Part shown: positions 26,260-36,061 of the stretch, piece after piece
How positions within the stretch are numbered: the first letter of the stretch is position 1
Layout: the number at the start of each line of letters is the position of its first letter
Source: a virus
Reading direction: 5' to 3' (one strand)
Length of the DNA: 64,000 nucleotides
IMG/VR virus record: IMGVR_UViG_3300013232_000047
Coordinates: 56,023-120,022 of that record
Position numbers and translations under genes: made by a program
The notes under the pieces: generated by a model
Databases searched by the model: none
What the model was told of the DNA's origin: nothing
What the model saw: only the letters and a program-made list of their open reading frames with translations

Positions 26260-27712
26260 GTGGTCATCTTTAAGACTGACCGACAGAAATTTCAGGTTGG
26301 TGTTGTATCAAGCACCTAACCTGCGCCCACCAGTGCTGGACGAGATGATGCCTGACTGTGAACGACTGATACATTCAGTTGCTCAAATTTATTCTGACCA
26401 AAGCAGCCCCCATTTGCAGTTTGAGGAAATGGTTGGGGAAGGCCGGTTAAAGCTAGCTGAGATCATAGACAAGGGTCATGTGATGAAGCAGCCAACCCGC
26501 AGTAATTTTTTCAAATTTTTCAAGGCATCTCTTCAGAATCATGCCAAGTCCAGAGTTCAAAAGTACAGGTTCACTGAAAAGCGCACAGGGGTAAAACCTC
26601 CTCCTAGAAAAGAACGCTTCGCTGTAACCCTTCCCGGCGTGACTTCTGAGGAGGAAGAAAAGCAGCGCCCAGCTTATCATAAGCAGGTCGAGCTGAGCTT
26701 AGACGATACGGACCTCCATCTTCAAGTCGCGGATACCAGTGATGATGAAGCAGAGCTGCGAGAAGTTGCAGAAGATTACGAGGTACTCCTAGGCGAGGTA
26801 GAGAAAGTTGTGTTTAGGCAGCTTTACTGGCCTAATGAAAAAGCTCGCTGTATTGCCTTTGTAGACGCTCATTTTCAACGGATGTCCGGAAAATTTTCTG
26901 TTAAAATAAAACACAGTCATTTAGCTGAAGGACTAGAAATATCCTTAGAATTGTTTGAAGAAACTGTTCTAAGGATTAAGAAGAAGATTGCCGCTTACCA
27001 AGCTATGACTGATGCAGAACAATTAGACAAAGCGCGTCAAAGCGCAGTGATTTCGCAGTTGAAGTCTGTATTTGGTGTGCAGATTCCACCAACTGCGGAC
27101 AGTATGCTTATACGCCGATTGTTTACACTAGCAGCGCGTGACCAGCATACAAAGGTAAACCAGCAGGTTGCTGAGATGCTGGAAATCATTGGTGCAAAAG
27201 TTCCGCGTCTACACAAGGACATGATCTCTTGTTACGGCGTGTTGTATACAGCCTACGATCGCCGCTGTCAGTCTTGTGGTTTGAAGAAAAGTTGTTTTGT
27301 AGAGGCTTCCAATCTTGGGCTGACTAAGATAACGCTCAGTCCCCTGTTGCTCGGCTCTCGCCAGCAGCGCAGTCCAGTTATACTGCCGACTATTGAAGGG
27401 GAAGAAACGCCGGGCGCAGCCAGCTACGACGAAGCTGAGATTCTCAGTTATCTTGACGAGTACTTCAAGAGATTCAAACGGGGTGACACTATCTACTACG
27501 GCCATCCGACCGAGGATGCTGATAAGCAGGTCCTCCTGTTCTGTCTTGGTGCTCAGACCAGTCCGCTTGTGATTCGTTTTTGCAGCCCAAGTGAGTCACT
27601 GAAAAAGAAACTGGTCGCTAAAGGCAAAAGCTGGTTTGCGCCAGATAATACGCCTACAGCGGCCATAACTGCGTTGATAGATCAACACGCCAAGGATAAT
27701 CTTAATGGCTAA
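26228..27712 (+). CDS. second sigma70-like protein with C-terminal extension
   Basis: RLIHSVAQIY...FEEMVGEGRLKL...FFKFFKASLQNHAKS (region 2); EKVVF...HLAEGLEIS...RIKKKI (region 4); CYG...CQSCGLKKSC. Confidence 0.7.
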   Translation: MEFTNTETTIEWSSLRLTDRNFRLVLYQAPNLRPPVLDEMMPDCERLIHSVAQIYSDQSSPHLQFEEMVGEGRLKLAEIIDKGHVMKQPTRSNFFKFFKASLQNHAKSRVQKYRFTEKRTGVKPPPRKERFAVTLPGVTSEEEEKQRPAYHKQVELSLDDTDLHLQVADTSDDEAELREVAEDYEVLLGEVEKVVFRQLYWPNEKARCIAFVDAHFQRMSGKFSVKIKHSHLAEGLEISLELFEETVLRIKKKIAAYQAMTDAEQLDKARQSAVISQLKSVFGVQIPPTADSMLIRRLFTLAARDQHTKVNQQVAEMLEIIGAKVPRLHKDMISCYGVLYTAYDRRCQSCGLKKSCFVEASNLGLTKITLSPLLLGSRQQRSPVILPTIEGEETPGAASYDEAEILSYLDEYFKRFKRGDTIYYGHPTEDADKQVLLFCLGAQTSPLVIRFCSPSESLKKKLVAKGKSWFAPDNTPTAAITALIDQHAKDNLNG

Positions 27713-28073
27713 GCCTATTGAACCAACGTCGCCTGCAACGCCCACGGCGCAGGCACAGCCAATGCAGCCAATCAGTCGTTTTGAAGCTCAGCGTAGTCTT
27801 GGTTTATTTGCCAAATGGGACTACACCATGTTCGGTTTGATACTGTTCACGTGGGTTAGTGTCCTTTACTACTGGCTTCTGCGTCCTGAACCCAGTTTCA
27901 GTATTATTCTGTTTGGTTTGTTGATAACGCTGTTACTCGCTGTTGCGTGGCTTATTGTGCTGGTTTACCGGGTGCTCGTGTTCATTCTGGATGTACACGC
28001 GGACATCATGTTACTCCCGGAGGCTGCTTCACGCATTGTGCTCGGATACTACGAAGGTCGAACTAAAAAATGA
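27705..28073 (+). CDS. membrane protein (2 TM)
   Basis: Two hydrophobic helices. Confidence 0.7.
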   Translation: MAKPIEPTSPATPTAQAQPMQPISRFEAQRSLGLFAKWDYTMFGLILFTWVSVLYYWLLRPEPSFSIILFGLLITLLLAVAWLIVLVYRVLVFILDVHADIMLLPEAASRIVLGYYEGRTKK

Positions 28074-28366
28074 AAGCTTACACACGAAATAACCTCGCGG
28101 ATGACTTAGCTGATCACCTTAAATTACCAGTCAGTCAGGTAAAGCCTACAGTGGAATTTATCATTGATCGTTTGGCTCAGGTCATGGTTGAAGGTCAAAA
28201 AGTTGAATTTCGCGGTTTTGGCATTTTTGTGCCACAAATTCGCAAAAGCAAAATTGGAAGGAATCCAAAGTGCCCGGAAGCGGGTACCTATGTAATTCCT
28301 GCGCGGAAGGTGATTCGGTTCCGAGTTGGCAAGGAACTGGATATTAAGCTCAATCCTTCAGTGTAG
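28070..28366 (+). CDS. HU/IHF family DNA-binding protein
   Basis: KVEFRGFGIF...RKSKIGRNPK...IPARKVIRFRVGKEL. Confidence 0.93.
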   Translation: MKAYTRNNLADDLADHLKLPVSQVKPTVEFIIDRLAQVMVEGQKVEFRGFGIFVPQIRKSKIGRNPKCPEAGTYVIPARKVIRFRVGKELDIKLNPSV

Positions 28367-28388
28367 GCGGTCGGCAACTCAAGCCTAA

Positions 28389-28421
28389 AGCGGTTCGTTT
28401 CTCCCGGCGAACCGCTTTTTT
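28389..28421 (+). terminator. intrinsic terminator
   Basis: agcggttcg...cgaaccgct + ttttt. Confidence 0.75.
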
Positions 28422-28435
28422 CGTTCTTACATACT

Positions 28436-29362
28436 ATGAAATCAGCTATTGCCATACTCACGTATCGTCGAATTAACGCGCTCAAAACCATGCTCGAAGG
28501 CGTCGAAAAACACTGTCCACAATATGCAACAGCTATAATGGAAGACTGTGGTCAACGAGATGGCACAGCGGATATGCTGTGCGCTGGGCGGTCACCTGAA
28601 CCTCAAAAGCATTTGATGGCGACCCAGTGGATTCCAGAGGATTCAGAAAAGGCTAATTACCCAAACGTGGATGTATACATGGGTGATCGTAATTTGGGCG
28701 TGGCTGGAAATTCTAACAGGGCACTCAAATGGTTTTTGGACGGTGACTGCGATCATTTGTTGCTCTGTAATGACGACCTATTTGTGCTGGGCGATTTCGC
28801 TGATCTTTACGCACGGGCACACCAAGATTTGGGCGTCGGCATGTTCGCTTTTTGTGATTTTACGGAGGCTTCTCCTGCCATATCAGGTGCTCCAGAATCA
28901 TACAAGTGGACGACTTACCCGGTGCGAGGGTGGAATGTGAAATTCCTGCCTCGGTTTACAGGCATAATGATGTCTGTAACACGTAAGACTGTGGAGGCTG
29001 CTGGTTACTTTGACGCGAGCTTCGGTCAGTTTGGTGAGGAGCACTGTGATTGGACTATCCGTTGTCGTTTAGCCGGTGGCATCCGGTTGAATAATCAAGA
29101 CATGAACTGCCTCGATGTCGAGCACGCGAGGCTTAGACACCAAGATGTTGAGACATCCATGCCACGGGGCGTAGAACGTCAGATGGCAGATGAAGAAGCT
29201 AGCCGGGTCATGCAGGAGGCAGCACGATCGTATGCTTACCGGCATTTTTATCGTCCGTTTCGGTTGAAGTTGCCAAGTAAAGCGGGCGGGTACCGTGGAG
29301 GAGGTATCTCGGTTTCGCGCCTTTTAGACTACGACTATAACCTTGTAGTGGATCTCGTGTAG
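28436..29362 (+). CDS. GT2 glycosyltransferase
   Basis: IAILTYRR, NLGVAGNSN, LLCNDD, FGEEHCDW. Confidence 0.88.
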   Translation: MKSAIAILTYRRINALKTMLEGVEKHCPQYATAIMEDCGQRDGTADMLCAGRSPEPQKHLMATQWIPEDSEKANYPNVDVYMGDRNLGVAGNSNRALKWFLDGDCDHLLLCNDDLFVLGDFADLYARAHQDLGVGMFAFCDFTEASPAISGAPESYKWTTYPVRGWNVKFLPRFTGIMMSVTRKTVEAAGYFDASFGQFGEEHCDWTIRCRLAGGIRLNNQDMNCLDVEHARLRHQDVETSMPRGVERQMADEEASRVMQEAARSYAYRHFYRPFRLKLPSKAGGYRGGGISVSRLLDYDYNLVVDLV

Positions 29363-29371
29363 TTAGGCTAT

Positions 29372-29968
29372 ATGGTAAACAAATGGTTAAGCCGTGTCAT
29401 GGGACAGGCCGTGGTCGAATCTGTGCCTGCGCGTAGGGTGTCTGCACTGACTAAAGTGCTCGGTGAAGCCGAGGATAGTGAAGACGAGAAGGCTGACAGT
29501 CCTGAACCCGAGGATAAGCAGGAAAGTCCTAAACAGGAGCCTTTACCTGCACCTGCTACCGATAAGCCTGAAGCAGCTGTAGACGCCGACATCGAAGCCG
29601 GTGCGGAATCGAGCGCAGACGACACCGTGATCAGTCAAACTGTTGCCCACTTGGTTTCAGCTTGGGAGAGCGGCAGTAAAATGGACGTTGCCTCTGAGCT
29701 GTTGTATACGGCGGTAAGTTACACAGATTTTGTGAGGATGCTATTTCAGATCGGTGAGCAGGCTGGCGTGGAACTGGGCGGGATGCTTGACGAGCTTTCT
29801 GAAGTGCAGCCCAGTATAGACCAGCCGGGCGGTGGCAGACCACCTGAAGCCGATCAAGGGAATAGTGCCGGGCGAATTTTGTCCCGCGTTGCTCAGCATC
29901 GTAGAACCGAGAAACCGGTAATTCAGCCTGCTGGTGAATCTTCTCCTGAACTTGATACAGCACCATGA
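29372..29968 (+). CDS. acidic late protein, putative prohead core
   Basis: TAGTTA upstream; LSRVMGQ / LTKVLGEA motifs. Confidence 0.7.
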   Translation: MVNKWLSRVMGQAVVESVPARRVSALTKVLGEAEDSEDEKADSPEPEDKQESPKQEPLPAPATDKPEAAVDADIEAGAESSADDTVISQTVAHLVSAWESGSKMDVASELLYTAVSYTDFVRMLFQIGEQAGVELGGMLDELSEVQPSIDQPGGGRPPEADQGNSAGRILSRVAQHRRTEKPVIQPAGESSPELDTAP

Positions 29969-30777
29969 GCAATTCAATTCTTGACCAAGTGATGGGGCGC
30001 AAGCCTCGTGTGAATGAGGATGTGCCAGTGCCTTGTGCTGCTTTGCCGCGTCGCAGCTATCGAGATCGTTTGGAACAACAGCGCTTGCGTCGTGATCCGG
30101 AGGGCACTGAAACTAACAAAAAACGCGAGGAAGATAGTATGGACGCTGATTTGCGTGCTGCTGTGGGTGAGTCAGAGGAAGAATCGAGTAGTGACACAAA
30201 ATCTATCATACCAGATGGTGCCGAAGAAATAGACGGCGCAACGAACGTCATAACGACCCGGCTTAAGCCTATCAGGGACGTTGTTCAGGAGCCATCTTAT
30301 CCATCTGGTGCGAAGGAAAAGCTGCTTACACCCTACGCGGCGCTTACAGCTCCAGATGCTACACCAGAGGGAATGTCGCCGTTGGACCCGTCAAAAGTGC
30401 CGGGCATGGCGTCGCCGAATAAGTTTTCATGGTCGGAGTTGCAGAAGGCTGCGCCAGAACCTCCGCAGGAAACGGTAATACCTTCTACTGGCGGTGATAC
30501 AGCTGTTAACGCCATGGACGTGCTGCTTGGACGTAATCGTGGTGCTGGGCGGCCTCCGGTGGATGCAGCGGAAATGGCAGCCGCAGGTCAGTTTGCTACC
30601 GAAGAAGCGGCATTGGCGTCCATGGGCATTCAAAATCCAGCTATAGTAGAAGAAGCGGCTGCAAAAGCTTCAGCCGCATTGGTTGCTAATCCTGATCCAA
30701 CAGGCGGCAGTTTGATGCCGGAACACGTGCCTGCAGACATCAAAAAAGTTTGTGAGGCAGCTCGTAAATGGATCTGA
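29965..30777 (+). CDS. late protein, putative prohead core
   Basis: ATGA overlap; ILDQVMG...VNED. Confidence 0.7.
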   Translation: MSNSILDQVMGRKPRVNEDVPVPCAALPRRSYRDRLEQQRLRRDPEGTETNKKREEDSMDADLRAAVGESEEESSSDTKSIIPDGAEEIDGATNVITTRLKPIRDVVQEPSYPSGAKEKLLTPYAALTAPDATPEGMSPLDPSKVPGMASPNKFSWSELQKAAPEPPQETVIPSTGGDTAVNAMDVLLGRNRGAGRPPVDAAEMAAAGQFATEEAALASMGIQNPAIVEEAAAKASAALVANPDPTGGSLMPEHVPADIKKVCEAARKWI

Positions 30778-30837
30778 TTTGTATACATTCGTTTATTACT
30801 CACTTTGAATGGGAAGCAATTGTAGGCGTTTACATCT

Positions 30838-31128
30838 GTGTCAACTACTGTAGAGCAAAAACTTTCTGAACCGATCGAGCCGTTGGGTTTACACGTTTTG
30901 GTAACTCGTGAGCCTTGGTCTGATTTTTTCGTGCTTACACTTGACAACGGTCATTCCGAAGAGCTTGAAGTTGAGGATACTAGGACTTGGTTTAAGCAGC
31001 GAGGAGCGAATATGGATCTTATCGAGAAGGCTCTTGACCAATGTTGGAATTTCCAAAGATGCGAAGTCATTATCGACAATCCTAAAGATCCTTCGCTGCC
31101 TCCCCTGCCATACGCTCCTCGTTTATAA
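30838..31128 (+). CDS. hypothetical protein
   Basis: 96-aa ORF. Confidence 0.6.
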   Translation: MSTTVEQKLSEPIEPLGLHVLVTREPWSDFFVLTLDNGHSEELEVEDTRTWFKQRGANMDLIEKALDQCWNFQRCEVIIDNPKDPSLPPLPYAPRL

Positions 31129-31237
31129 AGTGTTTGGATTGATTTTCAATTCTCTTAGATGCGGTTTACGCGTCTCTAACATGGTCTAAGGAGTTTTCAG
31201 CATAGTTTACAGCAAGCAGTGAAGTGCTGTAAACATC

Positions 31238-33127
31238 ATGCGACAATACCTAGTTGAAGGCGCTACAGGCGCATTTCCTTTCATCGTAGACCGGAGTAAA
31301 CCTCCGGTTGTCGAAAGCAAGCCTACTGGTGGATCTTTAACGCGTATTCCCGGTAGGTTTTCAGTCTGTGACTGCGTGAATGGTAATAACCGGCGTTATT
31401 CACGCCGGGTCTGGGAGAAAAATTTGACGGACGGTTCTCTGCTTCAAGGGTCCATTAAGCGCAATGCTGCATTCGGACTTCTGGAACATCCCAAGGACGG
31501 AATAGTAACGCTGCTTTCTCCCATATCCCACCACGTCACGATGGCACAGATGGTCGAAGGCAAAGACTCGACTGGAAAGTCTATCAGTGAAGTCGTCGGC
31601 GAAATCACGCTTCTGGATACCGTCGAGGGAAACAAGCTCAAGGCGCTCATAGAGGGCGGCTACAATCCACTTGTTTCAAGCCGTGGTTACGGCTCTTTAC
31701 AACGCGCCGGTGACGGTGTGGACGAAGTTCAGGAGGATTACGTCTGTGAAAGCTGGGACGTGGTGATTAAGCCTTCTTTCGAACAAGCTGAACTTATTCC
31801 GGATCGCAGCTCTACTACAGCAACGATGGCAGAGCCTGTTAAACCTCAAGCTGAATCATTTGTTGAAGATCCTTCCAAGTTTGATCCTAGCGCATGTCCT
31901 GAATGCGGTCTTGTTAACAAGCTGGAAACCAATCGCTGCTCGTGTGGACACACCTTCGTTAAACCTCCGGCCAATATTCCGATAGAGCAGATGCCTGATG
32001 ACGTGAAAGCGAGCCTGCTGGCTCAGCTACAGGCTTGGCGTAAAAATAAAGCTACAAAGATCCCAACCTTCGGTAGCGGTAACGAGGAGATTTCATTTTC
32101 CGAAACCTTAAATTTGAAGGAATCGACGCCTTCAACTGGTACGGCACGCCCGGCCAGCGAAACCAAAACAAAGACAAACCATATGGAACTGAACGAAATC
32201 AAGTTGCGCGTTGATGCCCTTCGCAACATCGACCCGGCGAAGCCACGGTTCGCTGAGTCGATGGCGCAAGTCGAAGAATTGCATCAGAGTGTAGCTCAGT
32301 GGGCCGCTACGGACGCTACCCGTTCGTGGGAGGCTCAGAAGCTCCACAAGGAACTTGAGAGCGTTAGTGAAGCACTCACTAACAGTATCAAGGCACCTGT
32401 TAAAGAGGCCAAGCGCCTCAGTGAACAAAACCTGAAGCTGATGAAGGTCATCAACGCTGTTGCACAAACTGCGCTGACCTACAAGAAGCGTGTCGGCGAG
32501 TCCATGAAGTCCACGACAGAAGGTCAAAAACTCAAAGAAGAACTTACCCGCCGGGGACAAGGCTGGAAGCGCGTTGCTGAAGAACGCGGCCAGAAGCTGT
32601 CGGTGCTGGAAAAAGACTTCTCTGACTCCTGCGAAGCTCTCGATGCCATATCGAAGCGGTATCACGAAGATACCACTGAGCTGGCTCGACGTCTCATTGT
32701 GCTGGAGTTCAAGGAAAAGGCGGCAGCCCCTGAAATCCAGAAGTCGCTCAAGGAAGCTACTCGCCTTCGTCATATCGCGTCAATTCGCGAGACGTTGGAA
32801 GGCAAGAATACTCCTGTGGTAACTGAAGAAGAAGGCAAGAAAGCCGCTGGAGTTGGCAAGCCTGCGGACGGAGAGAATCCGACGATGGCGAAGAAGACAG
32901 GTGACAAGAAGAAAGAGGGTGAAGGCGATTGCGTTGCCAAAGAACCCGGCAGTGTCACTAACGAGTCGAAAGACAAAACGGCTTCGGAAACTACCCCGTT
33001 GGTGGAATCCAAAGAGAAACAGCCTGTCAACGAGACAGGTGCGAAGCTCGTGTACAGCACCCGCGACCCACGCTCTATTAATGAGAGCGTAGACCTCGTG
33101 AAGCGCCTGAGCACAGCCGCCAAGTAA
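31238..33127 (+). CDS. prohead protease (gp21-like) fused to coiled-coil scaffold
   Basis: NGNNRRYS, GLLEHP, ISHHV, VSSRGYGS, WDVVIKPS; helical C-terminal half; directly upstream of capsid gene. Confidence 0.9.
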   Translation: MRQYLVEGATGAFPFIVDRSKPPVVESKPTGGSLTRIPGRFSVCDCVNGNNRRYSRRVWEKNLTDGSLLQGSIKRNAAFGLLEHPKDGIVTLLSPISHHVTMAQMVEGKDSTGKSISEVVGEITLLDTVEGNKLKALIEGGYNPLVSSRGYGSLQRAGDGVDEVQEDYVCESWDVVIKPSFEQAELIPDRSSTTATMAEPVKPQAESFVEDPSKFDPSACPECGLVNKLETNRCSCGHTFVKPPANIPIEQMPDDVKASLLAQLQAWRKNKATKIPTFGSGNEEISFSETLNLKESTPSTGTARPASETKTKTNHMELNEIKLRVDALRNIDPAKPRFAESMAQVEELHQSVAQWAATDATRSWEAQKLHKELESVSEALTNSIKAPVKEAKRLSEQNLKLMKVINAVAQTALTYKKRVGESMKSTTEGQKLKEELTRRGQGWKRVAEERGQKLSVLEKDFSDSCEALDAISKRYHEDTTELARRLIVLEFKEKAAAPEIQKSLKEATRLRHIASIRETLEGKNTPVVTEEEGKKAAGVGKPADGENPTMAKKTGDKKKEGEGDCVAKEPGSVTNESKDKTASETTPLVESKEKQPVNETGAKLVYSTRDPRSINESVDLVKRLSTAAK

Positions 33128-33159
33128 CAAACCAAAACCCCAAAGAAACAGAAATACAT

Positions 33160-34635
33160 ATGGTAATCCTCTCTGAAAGTGGACGGCCAGTTCTGGCGAG
33201 TGATGGCGGGCATATCAGCCGCTTCACCGACATTCTGGAGTGGGGCTACCGTCTGGCGGAAACGCCTGTCGGCATCCCTGAGAAGAATCCTCGTGGCTTA
33301 TGGGAAGCGCGTGGCTGGAAAGAGTTCGTGGCGCACATGCCCGAGCACAAACGGCCTATCGCTGCCATCATGCTCGAAAATTGCCGGTCTCGCTTCGGTC
33401 GTCTCGACGAAGTGACCCGCACGACCTCACTCGGCACGTTCGATAAATGGATTTTCCCCATTATCGCCAACATGTCTGAGAATGATGTCATTGACCAGCT
33501 GATTGCCCTCCAGCCTATGGCTGGCCCGGTCTCTCAGATCGTCTACATGGACATCGTGACTGGTCGCCGAAAAGGTCGCACCCCGGCTGGTTCGCCCATG
33601 TGGCGTGCTCTGCAGGGCGCGGTTGACCGTGACGACGACGCTGATGAGCTGATTCAGGACGAGAGCGGAACCACAAACGGTTCTGGCGTACTCGTGCTGG
33701 AATGGACTCCTATCCGCGCCGGGACTGTTACAGGCACCGTGGGTGCAGCTTCTGTTGCTGACGATGGCAATGGTAACATGATCAACGTCGCTACAAACGC
33801 CGTTGTGGGTGCTATCATCTATCAGGGCACAGGCGCTGGTGCAGTTAACTTCACCTTGGGTGGTGGAGCATACCAGAACGCGGCTTACAGCCTGACGTAT
33901 GCGTTCAATTCTGAAGGCAACCTCGCCATTCAGGACTACGAAATGAAGCTCAGTTCGACTCCTGTCACCGCAAAGGTGATGAAGTTGAAAACGCTGTGGT
34001 CGGAAGAAGCCGATCAAAACTTGCAAGCGATGTATAACATCAAGGCGGAGAGCGTCCTGCTCAATGCTCTGACAAATGCGTTGCAGTACCAGAAACATCG
34101 TCAGGTCATCTTTGACTTGCGTGCCAAGGCTGATGCAGGTTTCGTGGTTTGGGACGCTATCGCCCCGGCGAGCGTTAACTACCAGACGCATAAGTTCTCC
34201 ATCATTGATGCCTTCGAGACTGCCTCGAACTTCATCTTTGGAAGTACAAACATGGTTGCTGGTAACTGGTTGCTGCTTGGTCTCCAAGCTGCGACTGTTG
34301 TGGCCACGCTGCCTCAGTTCGTACCCAAGAATGCTCGCACCCAAATGCAAGGAATTACTTATTTGGGTGACCTCGGAAACAAGAAGGTCTTTGCTGATCC
34401 TCACTATCCGAACAACGAGTTTCTGGTTGGTCACAAGGGCGATCAGTTCTTGACGACTGGCTACGTGTTGGCTGAGTACCAAAAGCTGTACACCACGCCT
34501 GATATCGTTCTGCCTGATTTCATCCATCAACGCGGGTTTGCTACGAGTTTCGCTCGTAAGATGATCAACGCGAAGATGTACTGTCGCGGCCTCATTCAGA
34601 ATAGTCCAACGGCATTCGGTCAAACTATTGGCTAA
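33160..34635 (+). CDS. major capsid protein (T4 gp23-like)
   Basis: AIMLEN, LQPMAGPVSQIVY, VTAKVMKLKTLWSEEADQNLQAMY, VFADPHY, FLVGHKG. Confidence 0.95.
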   Translation: MVILSESGRPVLASDGGHISRFTDILEWGYRLAETPVGIPEKNPRGLWEARGWKEFVAHMPEHKRPIAAIMLENCRSRFGRLDEVTRTTSLGTFDKWIFPIIANMSENDVIDQLIALQPMAGPVSQIVYMDIVTGRRKGRTPAGSPMWRALQGAVDRDDDADELIQDESGTTNGSGVLVLEWTPIRAGTVTGTVGAASVADDGNGNMINVATNAVVGAIIYQGTGAGAVNFTLGGGAYQNAAYSLTYAFNSEGNLAIQDYEMKLSSTPVTAKVMKLKTLWSEEADQNLQAMYNIKAESVLLNALTNALQYQKHRQVIFDLRAKADAGFVVWDAIAPASVNYQTHKFSIIDAFETASNFIFGSTNMVAGNWLLLGLQAATVVATLPQFVPKNARTQMQGITYLGDLGNKKVFADPHYPNNEFLVGHKGDQFLTTGYVLAEYQKLYTTPDIVLPDFIHQRGFATSFARKMINAKMYCRGLIQNSPTAFGQTIG

Positions 34636-34653
34636 TCTGTTTGGTAGAAATTC

Positions 34654-34686
34654 AAAAGCCCCCGGAGTTTCCTCCGGGGGCTTTTT
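34654..34686. terminator. bidirectional intrinsic terminator between capsid gene and array
   Basis: aaaa-gcccccggag-tttc-ctccgggggc-ttttt. Confidence 0.85.
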
Positions 34687-35801
34687 CGCTTATAACCTAT
34701 GGTGCTTTAACCCTGCACGGCTCGCTCTCACGTGTTGGTGCTCTCTACCTATCTGGCTCGCTCTGTAGTATCGGTGCTCTTGCTCGCTCTGGCTCGCTCA
34801 TCTATAATGCTACTTTCACTTATTTTGGCTCGCTCGTTCATCACGGTGCTCTCATGTGTGACGGCTCGCTCACATCTCGTGGTGCTCTTCGCGGCTGTGG
34901 CTCGCTCTTCAGTTTTGGTGCTCTCTCGGTCTCTGGCTCGCTTCTTTACGTTGGTGCTCTCTACCTATCTGGCTCGCTCTGTAGTATCGGTGCTCTTGCT
35001 GGTTATGGCTCGCTCGTAATCTTTGGTGCTCTCAGCTTCCCCGGCTCGCTCTATTTCATCGGTGCTCTCTGAAATTGCGGCTCGCTCAGTCGCTTTGGTA
35101 CTCTTTGTGGCCCCGGCTCGCTCTTTCATCTCGGTGCTCTACTTCGCAATGGCTCGCTTCTTTCCTGTGGTAATCTCTTAGGCTATGGCTCGCTCTATCG
35201 TTTTGGTGCTCTTCCTTTCAAAGGCTCGCTTCCGCATTTTGGTGCTCTCGGGTTCAATGGCTCGCTACTCCTGCTTGGTGCTCTTTGGCGATTTGGCTCG
35301 CTCTGTGTCTTTGGTGCTCTCCGACATGGCGGCTCGCTCGCGCTCTACGGTGCTCTTCAACGGATTGGCTCGCTCCTGCTGGTTGGTGCTCTCTGTCGGC
35401 ACGGCTCGCTCTACTGTTTTGGTGCTCTCACGGTCTCTGGCTCGCTTATTCTTTTTGGTGCTCTCCTGCCATTTGGCTCGCTATCTTACTGTGCTGCTAT
35501 TGTCATTTTTGGCTCGCTCGGGTTCTACGGTGCTCTATGCGTCCTTGGCTCGCTTTCCTGATGTGGTGCTCTAGCTTCTTGTGGCTCGCTCATCTATAAC
35601 GTTGCTGTCACCTTTTCTGGCTCGCTCAATCTTCGTGGTGCTCTCTGGCTTTGTGGCTCGCTCATCATCTCTGGTGCTCTCCCTTGAGGTGGCTCGCTCC
35701 TAGACTTTGGTGCTCTTCGTTTACGTGGCTCGCTCTCGCATCACGGTGCTCTCGTATGTAATGGCTCGCTTGCATTCAACGGTGCTCTACGTCTGTTTGG
35801 C
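34683..35801 (-). repeat. TIGR-type dual-repeat guide array 1 (31 units of 36 bp)
   Basis: On +: GGTGCTCT-N10-GGCTCGCT-N10, exact 36-bp period from 34701 to 35781, spacers variable, stop codons present; minus strand reads AGCGAGCC(A)...AGAGCACC(A). Confidence 0.92.
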
Positions 35802-36059
35802 TTAAATTCGTCGCCATTCTGCAATTGCTCGCATGTTGCTGGAAGGAACTTGGCTGGGTGCGTATCGACCCGTTTTTTCAATCAATTTGTCTTTTCTAGC
35901 TTGTCGAAAAACGCATCCCCAAGCGTTGGGATGCGCTGGATTTGCAGATTGGTTTTGATGTGCCTTAATGCGGATATCATCAGAGTTAAAGAGTGTTCCG
36001 ATGGGAATCCGGATGATGAGACGCATAATTTCCTCTTGCCATGCGCTGTGGTGTTGCAT
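35802..36059 (-). CDS. small putative winged-helix protein between the arrays
   Basis: HPNAWGCVF..A....LIEKTGRY..S...W motif seen in small phage proteins; TAA abuts array 1. Confidence 0.7.
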   Translation of the reverse strand: MQHHSAWQEEIMRLIIRIPIGTLFNSDDIRIKAHQNQSANPAHPNAWGCVFRQARKDKLIEKTGRYAPSQVPSSNMRAIAEWRRI

Positions 36060-36061
36060 GT

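Noticed and set aside
33427-34623. 398-aa antisense ORF (also 15876-16664, 32132-32773, 43545-44498)
   Set aside because: Shadow frames of well-supported genes with biased codon usage
34641-35599. ORFs over the arrays (GALxxxGSLxxx or LARS/LVLS repeat proteins; also 36880-37535)
   Set aside because: By-products of the 36-bp period; spacers contain stops in the GAL/GSL frame (e.g. TGA at 35070), there are no start signals, and several frames are equally open
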